Below, piece by piece: positions 22,601-36,863 of a DNA stretch of 64,000 bases. The position numbers and the translations under genes are program-made. How positions within the stretch are numbered: position 1 is the first letter of the stretch; every line of letters starts with the position of its first letter. The stretch spans positions 169,446,001 through 169,510,000 of the forward strand of contig OZ024741.1 in the NCBI GenBank assembly GCA_964016885.1, read 5' to 3'. The notes below the pieces were generated by a model. The model worked only from the letters and a program-made list of their open reading frames with translations. It was not told where the DNA came from and made no database searches. Source of the DNA: Eledone cirrhosa (taxonomy: Eukaryota).

Positions 22601-25600
22601 ATTTCAGCAAGATATCTCCGTAAAATCAATAGTTGTGGCTGTGGAACCAAACCGTGTTAAACGTCAACAAAGTCCGCCCGGCGAATGGTGTGCTTCGAAG
22701 AAAACGAATCCAAAAATGACGATTAGCCGGCGGATTTACCTTTTCAATCGCGGGCCGGCCGCCCGTGGTCGGATCGATCTGTAATTACTGGTACATGTGC
22801 AGACACTCATTGGCTATGTGTGGCGTGAATTTCAGCAAGATATCTCCGTAAAATCAATAGTTGTGGCTGTGGAACCAAACCGTGTTAAACGTCAACAAAG
22901 TCCGCCCGCGAATGGTGTGCTTCGAAGAAAACGAATCCAAAAATGACGATTAGCCGGCGGATTTACCTTTTCAATCGCGGGCCGGCCGCCCGTGGTCGGA
23001 TCGATCTGTAATTACTGGTACATGTGCAGACACTCATTGGCTATGTGTGGCGTGAATTTCAGCAAGATATCTCCGTAAAATCAATAGTTGTGGCTGTGGA
23101 ACCAAACCGTGTTAAACGTCAACAAAGTCCGCCCGCGAATGGTGTGCTTCGAAGAAAACGAATCCAAAAATGACGATTAGCCGGCGGATTTACCTTTTCA
23201 ATCGCGGGCCGGCCGCCCGTGGTCGGATCGATCTGTAATTACTGGTACATGTGCAGACACTCATTGGCTATGTGTGGCGTGAATTTCAGCAAGATATCTC
23301 CGTAAAATCAATAGTTGTGGCTGTGGAACCAAACCGTGTTAAACGTCAACAAAGTCCGCCGGCGAATGGTGTGCTTCGAAGAAAACGAATCCAAAAATGA
23401 CGATTAGCCGGCGGATTTACCTTTTCAATCGCGGGCCGGCCGCCCGTGGTCGGATCGATCTGTAATTACTGGTACATGTGCAGACACTCATTGGCTATGT
23501 GTGGCGTGAATTTCAGCAAGATATCTCCGTAAAATCAATAGTTGTGGCTGTGGAACCAAACCGTGTTAAACGTCAACAAAGTCCGCCCGCGAATGGTGTG
23601 CTTCGAAGAAAACGAATCCAAAAATGACGATTAGCCGGCGGATTTACCTTTTCAATCGCGGGCCGGCCGCCCGTGGTCGGATCGATCTGTAATTACTGGT
23701 ACATGTGCAGACACTCATTGGCTATGTGTGGCGTGAATTTCAGCAAGATATCTCCGTAAAATCAATAGTTGTGGCTGTGGAACCAAACCGTGTTAAACGT
23801 CAACAAAGTCCGCCCGCGAATGGTGTGCTTCGAAGAAAACGAATCCAAAAATGACGATTAGCCGGCGGATTTACCTTTTCAATCGCGGGCCGGCCGCCCG
23901 TGGTCGGATCGATCTGTAATTACTGGTACATGTGCAGACACTCATTGGCTATGTGTGGCGTGAATTTCAGCAAGATATCTCCGTAAAATCAATAGTTGTG
24001 GCTGTGGAACCAAACCGTGTTAAACGTCAACAAAGTCCGCCCGCGAATGGTGTGCTTCGAAGAAAACGAATCCAAAAAATGACGATTAGCCGGCGGATTT
24101 ACCTTTTCAATCGCGGGCCGGCCGCCCGTGGTCGGATCGATCTGTAATTACTTGTACATGTGCAGACACTCATTGGCTATGTGTGGCGTGAATTTCAGCA
24201 AGATATCTCCGTAAAATCAATAGTTGTGGCTGTGGAACCAAACCGTGTTAAACGTCAACAAAGTCCGCCCGCGAATGGTGTGCTTCGAAGAAAACGAATC
24301 CAAAAATGACGATTAGCCGGCGGATTTACCTTTTCAATCGCGGGCCGGCCGCCCGTGGTCGGATCGATCTGTAATTACTGGTACATGTGCAGACACTCAT
24401 TGGCTATGTGTGGCGTGAATTTCAGCAAGATATCTCCGTAAAATCAATAGTTGTGGCTGTGGAACCAAACCGTGTTAAACGTCAACAAAGTCCGCCCGCG
24501 AATGGTGTGCTTCGAAGAAAACGAATCCAAAAATGTAGATTAGCCGGCGGATTTACCTTTTCAATCGCGGGCCGGCCGCCCGTGGTCGGATCGATCTGTA
24601 ATTACTGGTACATGTGCAGACACTCATTGGCTATGTGTGGCGTGAATTTCAGCAAGATATCTCCGTAAAATCAATAGTTGTGGCTGTGGAACCAAACGGT
24701 GTTAAACGTCAACAAAGTCCGCCGGCGAATGGTGTGCTTCGAAGAAAACGAATCCAAAAATGTCGATTAGCCGGCGGATTTACCTTTTCAATCGCGGGCC
24801 GGCCGCCCGTGGTCGGATCGATCTGTAATTACTGGTACATGTGCAGACACTCATTGGCTATGTGTGGCGTGAATTTCAGCAAGATATCTCCGTAAAATCA
24901 ATAGTTGTGGCTGTGGAACCAAACCGTGTTAAACGTCAACAAAGTCCGCCCGCGAATGGTGTGCTTCGAAGAAAACGAATCCAAAAATGACGATTAGCCG
25001 GCGGATTTACCTTTTCAATCGCGGGCCGGCCGCCCGTGGTCGGATCGATCTGTAATTACTGGTACATGTGCAGACACTCATTGGCTATGTGTGGCGTGAA
25101 TTTCAGCAAGATATCTCCGTAAAATCAATAGTTGTGGCTGTGGAACCAAACCGTGTTAACCGTCAACAAAGTCCGCCCGCGAATGGTGTGCTTCGAAGAA
25201 AAACGAATCCCAAAAATGACGATTAGCCGGCGGATTTACCTTTTCAATCGCGGGCCGGCCGCCCGTGGTCGGATCGATCTGTAATTACTGGTACATGTGC
25301 AGACACTCATTGGCTATGTGTGGCGTGAATTTCAGCAAGATATCTCCGTAAAATCAATAGTTGTGGCTGTGGAAACCAAAACGGTCGATACGCAACGTCA
25401 ACAACAGTCCGCCGGCGAATGGTGTGCTTCGAAGAAACGAATCCAAAAAGACGATTAGCCGGCGGATTTACCTTTTCAATCGGCTGGGCCGGCCGCCCGA
25501 TGGTCGGAATCGATCTGAATTACTGGTACCATGTGCAGACACTCATTGGCTATGTGTGGCCGTGAATTTCAGTAAGATATCTCCGTAAATCAATAGTTGT

Positions 25601-25843
25601 GGCTGTGGAACCAAACGTGTTAAACGTCAACAAAGTCCGCCCGCGAATGGTGTGCTTCGAAGAAAACGAATCCCAAAAATGACGATTAGCCGGCGGAATT
25701 TACCTTTTCAATCGCGGGGCCGGCCGCCCGTGGTCGGATCGATCTGTAATTCCTTGTACATGTGCAGACACTCATTTGGCTATGTGTGGCGTGAATTTCA
25801 GCAAGAATCTCCGTAAAATCAATAGTTGTGGCTGTGGAACCAA
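10660..25843. repeat. 227-bp satellite DNA array (~67 monomers, runs into the gap)
   Basis: Motif GAATTTCAGCAAGATATCTCC recurs every 227 bp (e.g. 11251 and 13521 are 10 units apart). Monomers are nearly identical; the first one is divergent. Confidence 0.98.
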
Positions 25844-26043
25844 NNNNNNNNNNNNNNNNNNNNNNNNNNNNNNNNNNNNNNNNNNNNNNNNNNNNNNNNN
25901 NNNNNNNNNNNNNNNNNNNNNNNNNNNNNNNNNNNNNNNNNNNNNNNNNNNNNNNNNNNNNNNNNNNNNNNNNNNNNNNNNNNNNNNNNNNNNNNNNNNN
26001 NNNNNNNNNNNNNNNNNNNNNNNNNNNNNNNNNNNNNNNNNNN
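25844..26043. other. Assembly gap (200 N)
   Basis: Run of N. Confidence 1.
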
Positions 26044-26992
26044 TATATTTATACATATATAATATATATATAATATACATATATATATATATATACCATA
26101 TATATATACATATATATATATATACACATATATATATATATATACACATATATATATATATACATATACATATATATACATATATATATATATATACATA
26201 TATATACACATATATATATATACATATATATACACATATATATATATATACATATATATACACATATATATATATATACATATATATACACATATATATA
26301 TATATACATATATATACACATATATATATATACATATATATACACATATATATATATATACATATATATACACATATATATATATATACATATATATACA
26401 CATATATATATATATACATATATATACACATATATATATATATACATATATATACACATATATATATATATACATATATATACACATATATATATATATA
26501 CATATATATACACATATATATATATATACATATATATACACATATATATATATACATATATATACACATAATATATATACATATAATATATATACATATA
26601 TATACATATATATATATACATATATATATATACATATATATACATATATATATATACACATATATATATATATACATATATATATATACATATATATACA
26701 TATATATATACATATATATATATACTATATATACATATATATATATACATATATATATATACACATATATATATATATACATATATATATATACATATAT
26801 ATACATATATATATACATATATATATATACATATATATACATACATATATATACATATATATATATACATATATATACATATATATATATATATACATAT
26901 ACATATACATATATATACATATACATATATATATATATACATATATATATATACATACATATATATACATATATACATATATATATATATAC

Positions 26993-27038
<46 letters not shown>

Positions 27039-27466
27039 ACATATACATATATATATATACATATATACATATATATATATACATATATATATATACATAT
27101 ATATATATACATATATATATATACATATATACATATATATATATACACATATATATATACATATATATATATACATATATATATATACATATATATATAT
27201 ACATATATATATATACATATATACATATATATATATACATATATATATATACACATATATATATATACACATATATATATATATATACACATATATATAT
27301 ATATACACATATATATATATATACACATATATATATATATACACATATATATATATACACATATATATATATATACACATATATATATATATACATATAT
27401 ATATACATATATATATACATATATATATATATACACATATATATATACATATATATATATATACAC

Positions 27467-27497
<31 letters not shown>

Positions 27498-27500
27498 CAC

Positions 27501-27563
<63 letters not shown>

Positions 27564-27616
27564 CATATATATATATACATATATATATACATATATATAT
27601 ATACATATATATATAC

Positions 27617-27647
<31 letters not shown>

Positions 27648-27648
27648 C

Positions 27649-27713
<65 letters not shown>

Positions 27714-27748
27714 CATATACATATACATATATATATATATACATATAC

Positions 27749-27795
<47 letters not shown>

Positions 27796-27880
27796 CATAT
27801 ATATACACATATATATATATATACATATATATATATACATATATATATATACATATATATATATACACATATATATATAC

Positions 27881-27911
<31 letters not shown>

Positions 27912-28719
27912 CATATATATATACATATATATATATATACATATATATATACATATATATATACATATATATATATATACACATATATATACACATATAT
28001 ACACACATATATATATATATACATATATATACATATATATATACATATACATATATATACATATACACATATACATATATATATATACATATACATATAC
28101 ATATATATACATAAACATATATATATACATAATATATATATATACATATATATACATAATATATATATATACACATATATATACACATATATATACACAT
28201 ATATATACACATATATATATACATATATATATACATATATATATACATATATATATACATATATATATATATATACATATATATATACATATATATATAC
28301 ATATATATATATACATCTATATATATATATACATATATACATACATATATATACATATATATATATACATATATACATATACACATATATATATACATAT
28401 ATATATATATACATATATATATATACATATATATATACATATATATATATACATATATATATATACATATATACATATACATATATACATATACATATAT
28501 ACATATACATATACATATACATATATATATACATATATATATACATATACATATATATATATACATACATATATATATATACATATATACACATATATAT
28601 ATACATATATACATATACATACATATATATATACATATATATATACATATACATATATATATACATATATATATATATATACATATACATATACATATAT
28701 ATATATATACATATATATA
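26044..28719. repeat. Complex (TA)n/(TACA)n microsatellite
   Basis: Almost pure A/T/C alternating low-complexity tract; the long I/Y/H/T ORFs over it are artefacts. Confidence 0.97.
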
Positions 28720-29143
28720 CGTTATTCCGGGTTGAATCGGAGGTAACCACAGTAAGTAAGGTACTCAATACATAGCAGAGTATAATAGTTTTAATATAGA
28801 AGAGATTCTACAGGACTAGAACTGTTTCATTCATTAGAAATCTGGGTATCAAAAAATAAATATGGTATTTATAGGTCTCTACAAGTGGTAGGAGAGGGTG
28901 GGGAGTAGGATGGGTGCAGGTCATTGGTTGATAGAGAAGGGAATTCATTACTTCAGTAAGTAATAAGTAATGAATTCCCTTCTCTATCAACCAATGACCT
29001 GCACCCATCCCACTCCCCACCCCCTCCTACCACTTGTAGAGACCTATAAATACCATATTTATTTTTTGATACCCAGATTCCTGATGATTTCTAATGAATG
29101 AAACAGTTCTAGTCCTGTAGAATCTCTTCTATATTAAAACTAT
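28720..29143. mobile_element. Fold-back repeat element (probable Penelope-like element end) with ~170-bp inverted arms
   Basis: Unique leader GTTATTCCGGGTTGAATCGGAGGTAACCACAG, then arms ~28785-28950 and ~28968-29143. Same family as 54038-54552; embedded in (TA)n. Confidence 0.65.
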
Positions 29144-29157
29144 ATACATATATATAC

Positions 29158-29188
<31 letters not shown>

Positions 29189-29227
29189 CATATATACATA
29201 TATACATATACATATATACATATACAC

Positions 29228-29274
<47 letters not shown>

Positions 29275-29483
29275 CATATATACATATATACATATATATA
29301 CATATACACATACATATATATATATATACATATACATATATATACATATACATATATATATATACACATACATATATATATACATACATATATATATACA
29401 TACATATATATATACATACATATATATATACATACATATATATATACATACATATATATATACATACATATATATATACATAC

Positions 29484-29514
<31 letters not shown>

Positions 29515-29681
29515 CATACATATATATATATACATACATATATATATATACATACATATATATATATACATACATATATATATATACATACATATATATA
29601 TATACATACATATATATATATACATACATATATATATACATACATATATATATACATACATATATATATATATATACATAC

Positions 29682-29712
<31 letters not shown>

Positions 29713-30472
29713 CATACATATATATATACATACATATATATATATATATACATACATATATATATACATACATATATATATATATATACATACATATATA
29801 TATATATACATACATATATATATATACACATACATATATATATATACACATACATATATATATACATACATATATATATATACATACATACATACATATA
29901 TATATATATATACATACATATATATATATATATACATACATATATATATATATATACATACATATATATATACATATACATACATATATACATATACATA
30001 CATATATACATATACATACATATATACATATACATACATATATACATATACATACATATATATATATACATACATATATACATATACATACATATATACA
30101 TATACATACATATATATATATACATACATATATACATATACATACATATATACATATACATACATATATACATATATATATACATACATATATACATATA
30201 TATATACATACATATATATATATACATACATATATATATATACATACATATATATATATACATACATATATATATATACATACATATATATATATACATA
30301 CATATATATATATACATACATATATACATATACATACATATATATATATACATACATACACATATATATATATACATATATACACACATATATACACATA
30401 TATACACACATATATACACACATATATACACATATATATATACATATATACACATATATATATATACATATA
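29144..30472. repeat. Complex (TA)n/(TACA)n microsatellite
   Basis: Low-complexity tract. Confidence 0.97.
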
Positions 30473-30837
30473 TTCCAGCCGTAGAAAACCCGCCAGACAG
30501 TCTTATGCGAGCAAGACAACCACTCTTGCCTCAAGTGGGAAAACTCCCGTCCAAACCCATGCAAGCGTGGAAGATGGACGTTAAACGATGATGATGAGAC
30601 ATACATACACATACATATATATACATACATACACATATACATATATATATATACACACACACACACATATATATAAGACAACCACTCTTGCCTCAAGTGG
30701 GAAAACCCCCGTCCAAACCCATGCAAGCGTGGAACACGGACGCTAAACCTGATGATGATGATGATATATACATATAATCATCATCACCGTTTTTCTTCCA
30801 CGCTAGCATGGGTTATACATACATATATATATACATA

Positions 30838-31172
30838 TGGAGGCACATGGGTTAGTGGTTAGAGCATTGGTCTTGCAATCGAAAGGTTGTGAGTTCAATT
30901 CTCAGACCAGGTGATATGTTGTCTCCTTGAGCAAGAAACTTTATTTCACATTGCTCCAGTTTACTCAGCTGTAGAAATGAGATCATAGGGACTGGGGTCC
31001 CTATCATTCCACTGCAAAGTGGTCGTGGAGGTGCCACGGTAGAAAAGCACCAGCACTCACTGTAAATGAGGTTGGTGTTAGGAAGGGCATCCAGCTGTAG
31101 AAATCAAGCCAAAATTAGTTCCCGTCCCACCCTTGCAAGCAGGGAAAAGTGGACGTAAAATGAAATGATGAA
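30838..31172 (+). mobile_element. tRNA-head SINE with RTE-derived 3' tail
   Basis: A/B-box-like head (TGGGTTAGTGG..GAGTTCAATTC). The 3' half matches the RTE 3' UTR at ~31296-31401 (minus). Close second copy at 62455-62792. Confidence 0.75.
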
Positions 31173-31185
31173 TGATATATACATA

Positions 31186-32701
31186 TCAGCATCACCGTTT
31201 TACGTCCGTTCTTTCACGTTAGCATGGGTTAGACGGGTTGTCCTGTTGTGGGCAGTGTCTGGTTGGCTGACCTTGTCTTGCTCATACAGGAAATGATTTG
31301 GCTTGATTTCTACAGCTGGATGCCCTTGCTAACACCAACCTCATTTACAGTGTGGGCTGGGTGCTTTTATGCCGTGGCACCTCCATGACCACCTTGCAGT
31401 GGGAGGGTGTGGGGGCATATTGTCTATATGCTTCAGCTTGTACCCATGGGAGGTTGGGTACTCTGTATAACTGCATGACGCCAGAGGTCACAGTCGTGTG
31501 TCATCGCCTTTGAAAGGTGTAATTGGGTAAGGTCGGCTTTTATCATCTCATCCCAGGTCATCTTGGGTCTCCCCACTCCGCGGTTTCCATCGACTTCTAG
31601 TGCTCTGCACCTTTTTATGCAGCTGTCATCCTTCATATGCATCACATGTCCATACCAATGCATTCGCCTCTCCTGCACACAGCATTTGATTCCTCTTATG
31701 CTCAGTCTCTCTCTCAATTCATTTATGCTTTGTCATTCGCGTATATTACTATTACACATCCATCGGAGCATGCAGGCTTCGTTCCTCTCTAATCTACGTA
31801 AGTCTTCCACCTTCAGCGCCCAGGTCTCACTACCAGTGTAACATTGCTGTTCGGAAACACGCATCATACAGTCTGCCTTTCATTTTGAGGGAGAAGCCTT
31901 TTGCAGCTAGCAGTGGTAGTAGTTCCCTGAACTTCTTCCATCCCGTTCTTACTCTAGTTATTGTACTTTCTGAACACCCACTTCCGCTGCTAATTCGGTC
32001 ACCTAGGTAGCAGAAGCTGTCTACTGTCTCTACAGAGCCCTCCCAGAGATTGGTGGTACTTGTTTCCTGTCCCAGTACAGCTGCTGCATGTGAAGCCTAC
32101 ATTCTTAATTAAGCTTCCTGAGATCCCGCTCCATCTCTTGTGTACCCATTGTTTGCATTTGGGGCAGAGAATGGAGTTCCTACCTACACCTTTCCTACAT
32201 ACTGAGCAAGGCCATTTCCCTGAGGGGATCTGGGTTCTGTTTTCTCATCTACTTGACAAAGATTAAGGTCCTTGTCACGTTGACTGAGACCCTTTCTAAC
32301 TAGTCCCTGCTTCCAAGTTTGGAATTCCTTCTCTAGTTCTACCATAGATTCAGCTATAAGTGCGAGATCATCAGCATACAGGAGTTCCCATGGGCATCCG
32401 GTCTTAAACTCCTCCGTTATTGCCTGCAGGACTATGATGAACAGGAGAGGGCTAACAACAGAGCCCTGGTGGACCCCAACCTGTACGCTAAATTCCTCGC
32501 TATACTCATTGCTAATCCTAACTTTGCTGACTGCTCCCCTATACATGGCTTGTACAGCTTTCACAAGCCATTCATCTACTCCTAGTTTTCTAAGAGCCCA
32601 CCAGATTACAGCACGTGGAACTCTGTCAAAGGCTTTCTCGAGATCGACGAATGCCAGGTAGAGTGGCTTACTTTTAGCTAGGTACTTTTCCTGTAACTGT
32701 T
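31186..32701 (-). mobile_element. 5'-truncated, degenerate RTE-clade LINE
   Basis: Minus-strand peptides LAFVDLEKAFDRVPR, GVHQGSVVSPLLF, ELLYADDLAL and RRMHWYGHVM..GRPKMTW, with frameshifts; the 3' UTR runs toward 31186. Confidence 0.9.
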
Positions 32702-33291
32702 TATATACATATATATATATATATATATATACTACATAAAATTAACGAAGATCGTTGGTATTAATTCAACAGTCTCCGGTCAGTATCTAACTAATTCAAT
32801 GAATTGGCTAAATTGCAGTAATGGAGTTGCAATCAGCTGTTCAGAGTACACACATTTAGTTTTAGCAGATGCAATGGCAGTGTTTTCAGGTAGAGAGAAA
32901 GGTGAAATTCTCATCCTTTGGACAATACTGTTTCTGTGAAACATCTTCATAAATGCAGATATAGATCCTCAATGTTCAGAAAATCACGTAATATGTGCAG
33001 ACATTTTTGCAACCAGGCTGTTACGCTCATCAGCAAGGATGCCCAAGTCATACAATAGTTCCATACAGTGTGTGCGTTAGCCATTGCCTCAGGATATGGA
33101 ATCCAGTAGTCCTAGCTAATTCTACACCTACCTCTAAAAGGGAAAGAAACATACCACAGACTAAAACATGATTTGGCAGTTGAATTCAAATAAAGGAATT
33201 TGTGCCAAGTAAAGAACTCAACTTGCCAATCACATACATACATACATACATACAAACAAACATAAGATTCATACATATATGTATATATACA

Positions 33292-33331
<40 letters not shown>

Positions 33332-34440
33332 GATTATATACATATATAATTCAATAACAAGAAAAACAATAATAAATAAAGCCAACACAAAAAATAACAA
33401 TTATAGTGTAACAAACAATAAATTATTTCTCTTTGCCATATTACAAATTAATTCCAATAATTTTTGAATTCTTATAGAAATTATTGTTCTTGTATTGTTT
33501 TAGTGGAATTTATTTTTTTAAATATATTTTCATTTTTGTTATAGTTTATATTTCATCTTGTGTGGATGAAACACATATCAGTATACACACATTGTGTGTA
33601 TGTATATATGATCGTGCATGTATGTAGAAATGTCCATGTAAAAAAATTTTTCTTTCAAAAATCAGAAACCACATGAAGTGTTTGACAGAATTCAGTGCTT
33701 GCTTTAACTTAAGGTTTTCTTTCTGGAGTTTTCATTAAGTGGTAGATGAAAAAGAAATCTGCTCATAAACAGGTAGTTAGTTGATTGCATTTGATCTTCC
33801 TCACTCTAGTCTATTACACTGAACCCTAGTACAATATAGATGACTTGTAATTATTCTATTGACATTGGGAGGGATGAAAGACATTGTTAATCCCAATGAA
33901 AGAGTGTGAACTGAGAAAGGAGAGAAAGAGAAGTAGAGATGCAGATATAGATAGAGAGCATGACATGTATTTTGCCTGACTCTTTACTGTTTCTCTAACT
34001 CTCTATAGAGGTACAATAAACTATAAATCAGCTAGCTCTAAAATCTCAATTTACTATGGCAACATGAGGCAATTGCTTTTGTGTCCCTCCACCTTGCATT
34101 CTTTGAGGGGAAAAATTATTGATAATTTGGAGAACATCTAAAAGAGTGATAGTGCTACCACCCAGGTGGAGAGTAAAGGAAAAAGGAGTTGGTAGGGCAA
34201 GCTGAAGATGGAGAAAGCATGATTCCTTTGAAAGAGCTTTTGAAAGGGCCAGATCTGGCCGACACACCAATCTTGTTTAGGCCATTTTTTAGGATATGGG
34301 AAGAGAGAAAGAAATAATAAATAAAAATTGTTCTCCTCCCTCATCTTTGGTCTAGGTCATGGGTCACATAGCTCAGAGCTGACATGAGTCAGATGAACCG
34401 TCACAATCCGAGTAAATTCATATTTGGAGTTATTATACTG

Positions 34441-34475
<35 letters not shown>

Positions 34476-35351
34476 CCCGTTTGAAATAGCAAGAATAATT
34501 TAAGGCAAACGCCATCAATACAATCATCAGTTTTACATCTTTTTCTATGCTGGCATGGGTTGGACGAGAATTTTCAAACTAAAATTCTATGCTGGATGCC
34601 CTTCCTCATGCCAACCCTCACTTAATCTGTTAAAGTAAGGTACAGATCTTCACATGCTTAACTGCTGTGCAGCAGGTTATCTGTTTATGCAAAATATCAC
34701 CATCTATGATGCCGAATGCGAAGAGATGAGAAAACATCGACACATATACACAAAGGGCTTCCTTACAGTTTCCATCTACCAAATTCATTCACAAAACATT
34801 GGTCAGTTCAAGGCTATAGAAGAAATTTGCCCAAGAAGCCATGTGGTGGAATAGAACTCAAAGCCACACGGTTGTGAAATAAATTTCATAATCCCACAGC
34901 TATGACAGCACATTACACACAAAGTTGATTTTCTGAAATGAATAGAACATAAGTGCAGGTGGATAAATAAATAAAATAAATGGGGATGGGAGTGTATGTG
35001 TCATGATGAAGAAGAAGAGAAAAAGAAGAAAAGACTTTGGGAAATATTAAAGAGAATGATGACAGAATGGTGAAGGAGAAAGAAAAAAAAAAAAAGCCCC
35101 CCCCCCCCCCCATTCTCATTCCAACTTTTGTTGTCATTATGAACAAAGTCATGTGTGTGTCCTTAAAATATATATTATATTTTTAAACCTGAAAGAGAGA
35201 GGGAGGGAGAACACATGCTTACCACTATTATGATAATGATGATGATCATCATTGCTGTTATTATCATTGTCAACAGTTTTATTTATTTTTAACAGCTTCA
35301 TTGTTTAAATTTAAAAAAGAAATTGTTGCTTTGTATAAAATGTCCAATGTA

Positions 35352-36863
35352 TTAGAAATGTTTTTCAGTGACCTTCATTTTATAATGGTAATACTTAAGG
35401 AAGTCTTTTAAGGCTAGTGGAAGGGGCAGCTCTGACACTTTGTCATATGTGATAAAACTACAGATGGCAGCTCGGCACAGATGTTGAAGGGAGAATGGGT
35501 AAGTCCTGGTGAGGGGCCGGGTAAGCATTGGTTCAAAGAACATACAACAGCTGGGATCTTTGTAATGCTCTATCAGGCGGCAAACAGTATCAGCTGCAAA
35601 GACACCTGGGTCATGGCAATCGAAACTGAACTTGTGGTTCCACTGTTCAATACGTGCATGAAGAGACCTTCCATAGCGCCGAAAACTGACGGAAAATAAA
35701 AAATCTTCCTGTGCACTGTCTCGCAAAAGGAACGTTCCCTCAGCTTTGTTCTCAAGCAGGTTCTCTGCTTCGTACCGATCCATCACCCCCCAGTAAAAAC
35801 TGCAGTTTGCAATTTGCTGCAAGTCTGGCACCAGACAATGAGTGTACTCAACACGACTGTGTATGCGCTGGTAGGTGTCACTGTTAGCAGCTTCATGTGG
35901 TGGGTAATCCTGAATTGGAGAGTCATTGAAGTCATCGTGGAAGTCATCATTGAAGTCATCATTATTAGAATAATCTATGGAGAACTGACTGTGACTTCCA
36001 GGTGTTGTCTGAAGTGAACAACCTTGCTGGAATGAGAAGCAGAGTTGTTCATTAGATGACCGAAAATTGCGACATTTACAGAATGCATTTCTGTCCATGT
36101 GGTTTCCAGTGACCCTGGAATTGCCTTGTTGTTGTTGTTGACAAGTTGTATCAATTTTATCAATGGTACAGCTGACTGAACTTGAAGCATTATTAATACT
36201 ATTTAAAGATCCGGCAAATTGCCTGGCTGACAACCGATGGTGCTGCTTCTCGGCAGCTCCAAATACAGTTTTCTTTGAATGGTGTTTTCGATGATGTCGA
36301 CTTTTCAAACGCCCTACATTGTTTGTCGATATTTGGCAAGATGGAGCCAACAAGAAGTTGGAAGTTGATGGCCGCTGTGAGCACGTGGCTAGTAGTAGAT
36401 GGTGATCACAGTTGGAGAAGTTTGAACATCTGGAAGTTCCGACACAGGGCTGTGTATATTCCATATACCGGGACTGCTTAGATTGTTTGTCACGAAATTT
36501 AATGGACCAGAGTTTTTTGTGCTTGTTCTTTGGTGGCGATCCTGACCACAGGCCAGAAGCAGCTTCCATGCCCACTTTTGATTTATATCCACAGTGTTGG
36601 CACGAGGAAGGGCAATTGGTGTGTTTCTTTGTCTGTTCAATTTGTAGGGAATCGGACAGGGCATTTTGCTTCAACAAGATAGGTTCACTACTTATCTGTG
36701 ATGAGCCTGAAGTTAACGAAAGTGTAGCAGCCTGTTGTCGTTCATGAAGTTCAACAATACTGACAAGAGACAGTTCGCTGCCACAGCAGAAAAATGGACG
36801 AATGGGCGATCGGTGGTGGACAGTACTTGGTTTGTTCTTTCCAGCATGATTAAAAGTGGCCAT
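35352..36863 (-). CDS. SOCS5: Suppressor of cytokine signaling, SOCS4/5 (SOCS36E)-type; SH2 + SOCS box; 503 aa from the first in-exon ATG
   Basis: [59 protein letters not shown] and [27 protein letters not shown] closely match the SOCS4/5 C-terminus. A polypyrimidine-CAG acceptor puts the exon start at 36910, so the N-terminus may extend into upstream exons. Confidence 0.93.
   Translation of the reverse strand: MATFNHAGKNKPSTVHHRSPIRPFFCCGSELSLVSIVELHERQQAATLSLTSGSSQISSEPILLKQNALSDSLQIEQTKKHTNCPSSCQHCGYKSKVGMEAASGLWSGSPPKNKHKKLWSIKFRDKQSKQSRYMEYTQPCVGTSRCSNFSNCDHHLLLATCSQRPSTSNFLLAPSCQISTNNVGRLKSRHHRKHHSKKTVFGAAEKQHHRLSARQFAGSLNSINNASSSVSCTIDKIDTTCQQQQQGNSRVTGNHMDRNAFCKCRNFRSSNEQLCFSFQQGCSLQTTPGSHSQFSIDYSNNDDFNDDFHDDFNDSPIQDYPPHEAANSDTYQRIHSRVEYTHCLVPDLQQIANCSFYWGVMDRYEAENLLENKAEGTFLLRDSAQEDFLFSVSFRRYGRSLHARIEQWNHKFSFDCHDPGVFAADTVCRLIEHYKDPSCCMFFEPMLTRPLTRTYPFSLQHLCRAAICSFITYDKVSELPLPLALKDFLKYYHYKMKVTEKHF

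Noticed and set aside
10660-25843. CRISPR-like array or repeated 71-93 aa ORFs next to a reverse transcriptase
   Set aside because: Monomers are contiguous and near identical with no unique spacers. The ORFs appear only where sporadic indels or substitutions open a frame. Nothing links the array to the RT beyond proximity.
25772-30726. Very long ORFs (up to 999 aa) of I/Y/H/T/M/C/V
   Set aside because: Translations of (TA)/(TACA) microsatellites and N runs.
33295-33328. Long A-run as a possible retrocopy poly(A) tail
   Set aside because: It is a T-run on the SOCS sense strand, and no upstream plus-strand retro-sequence or TSD is evident.
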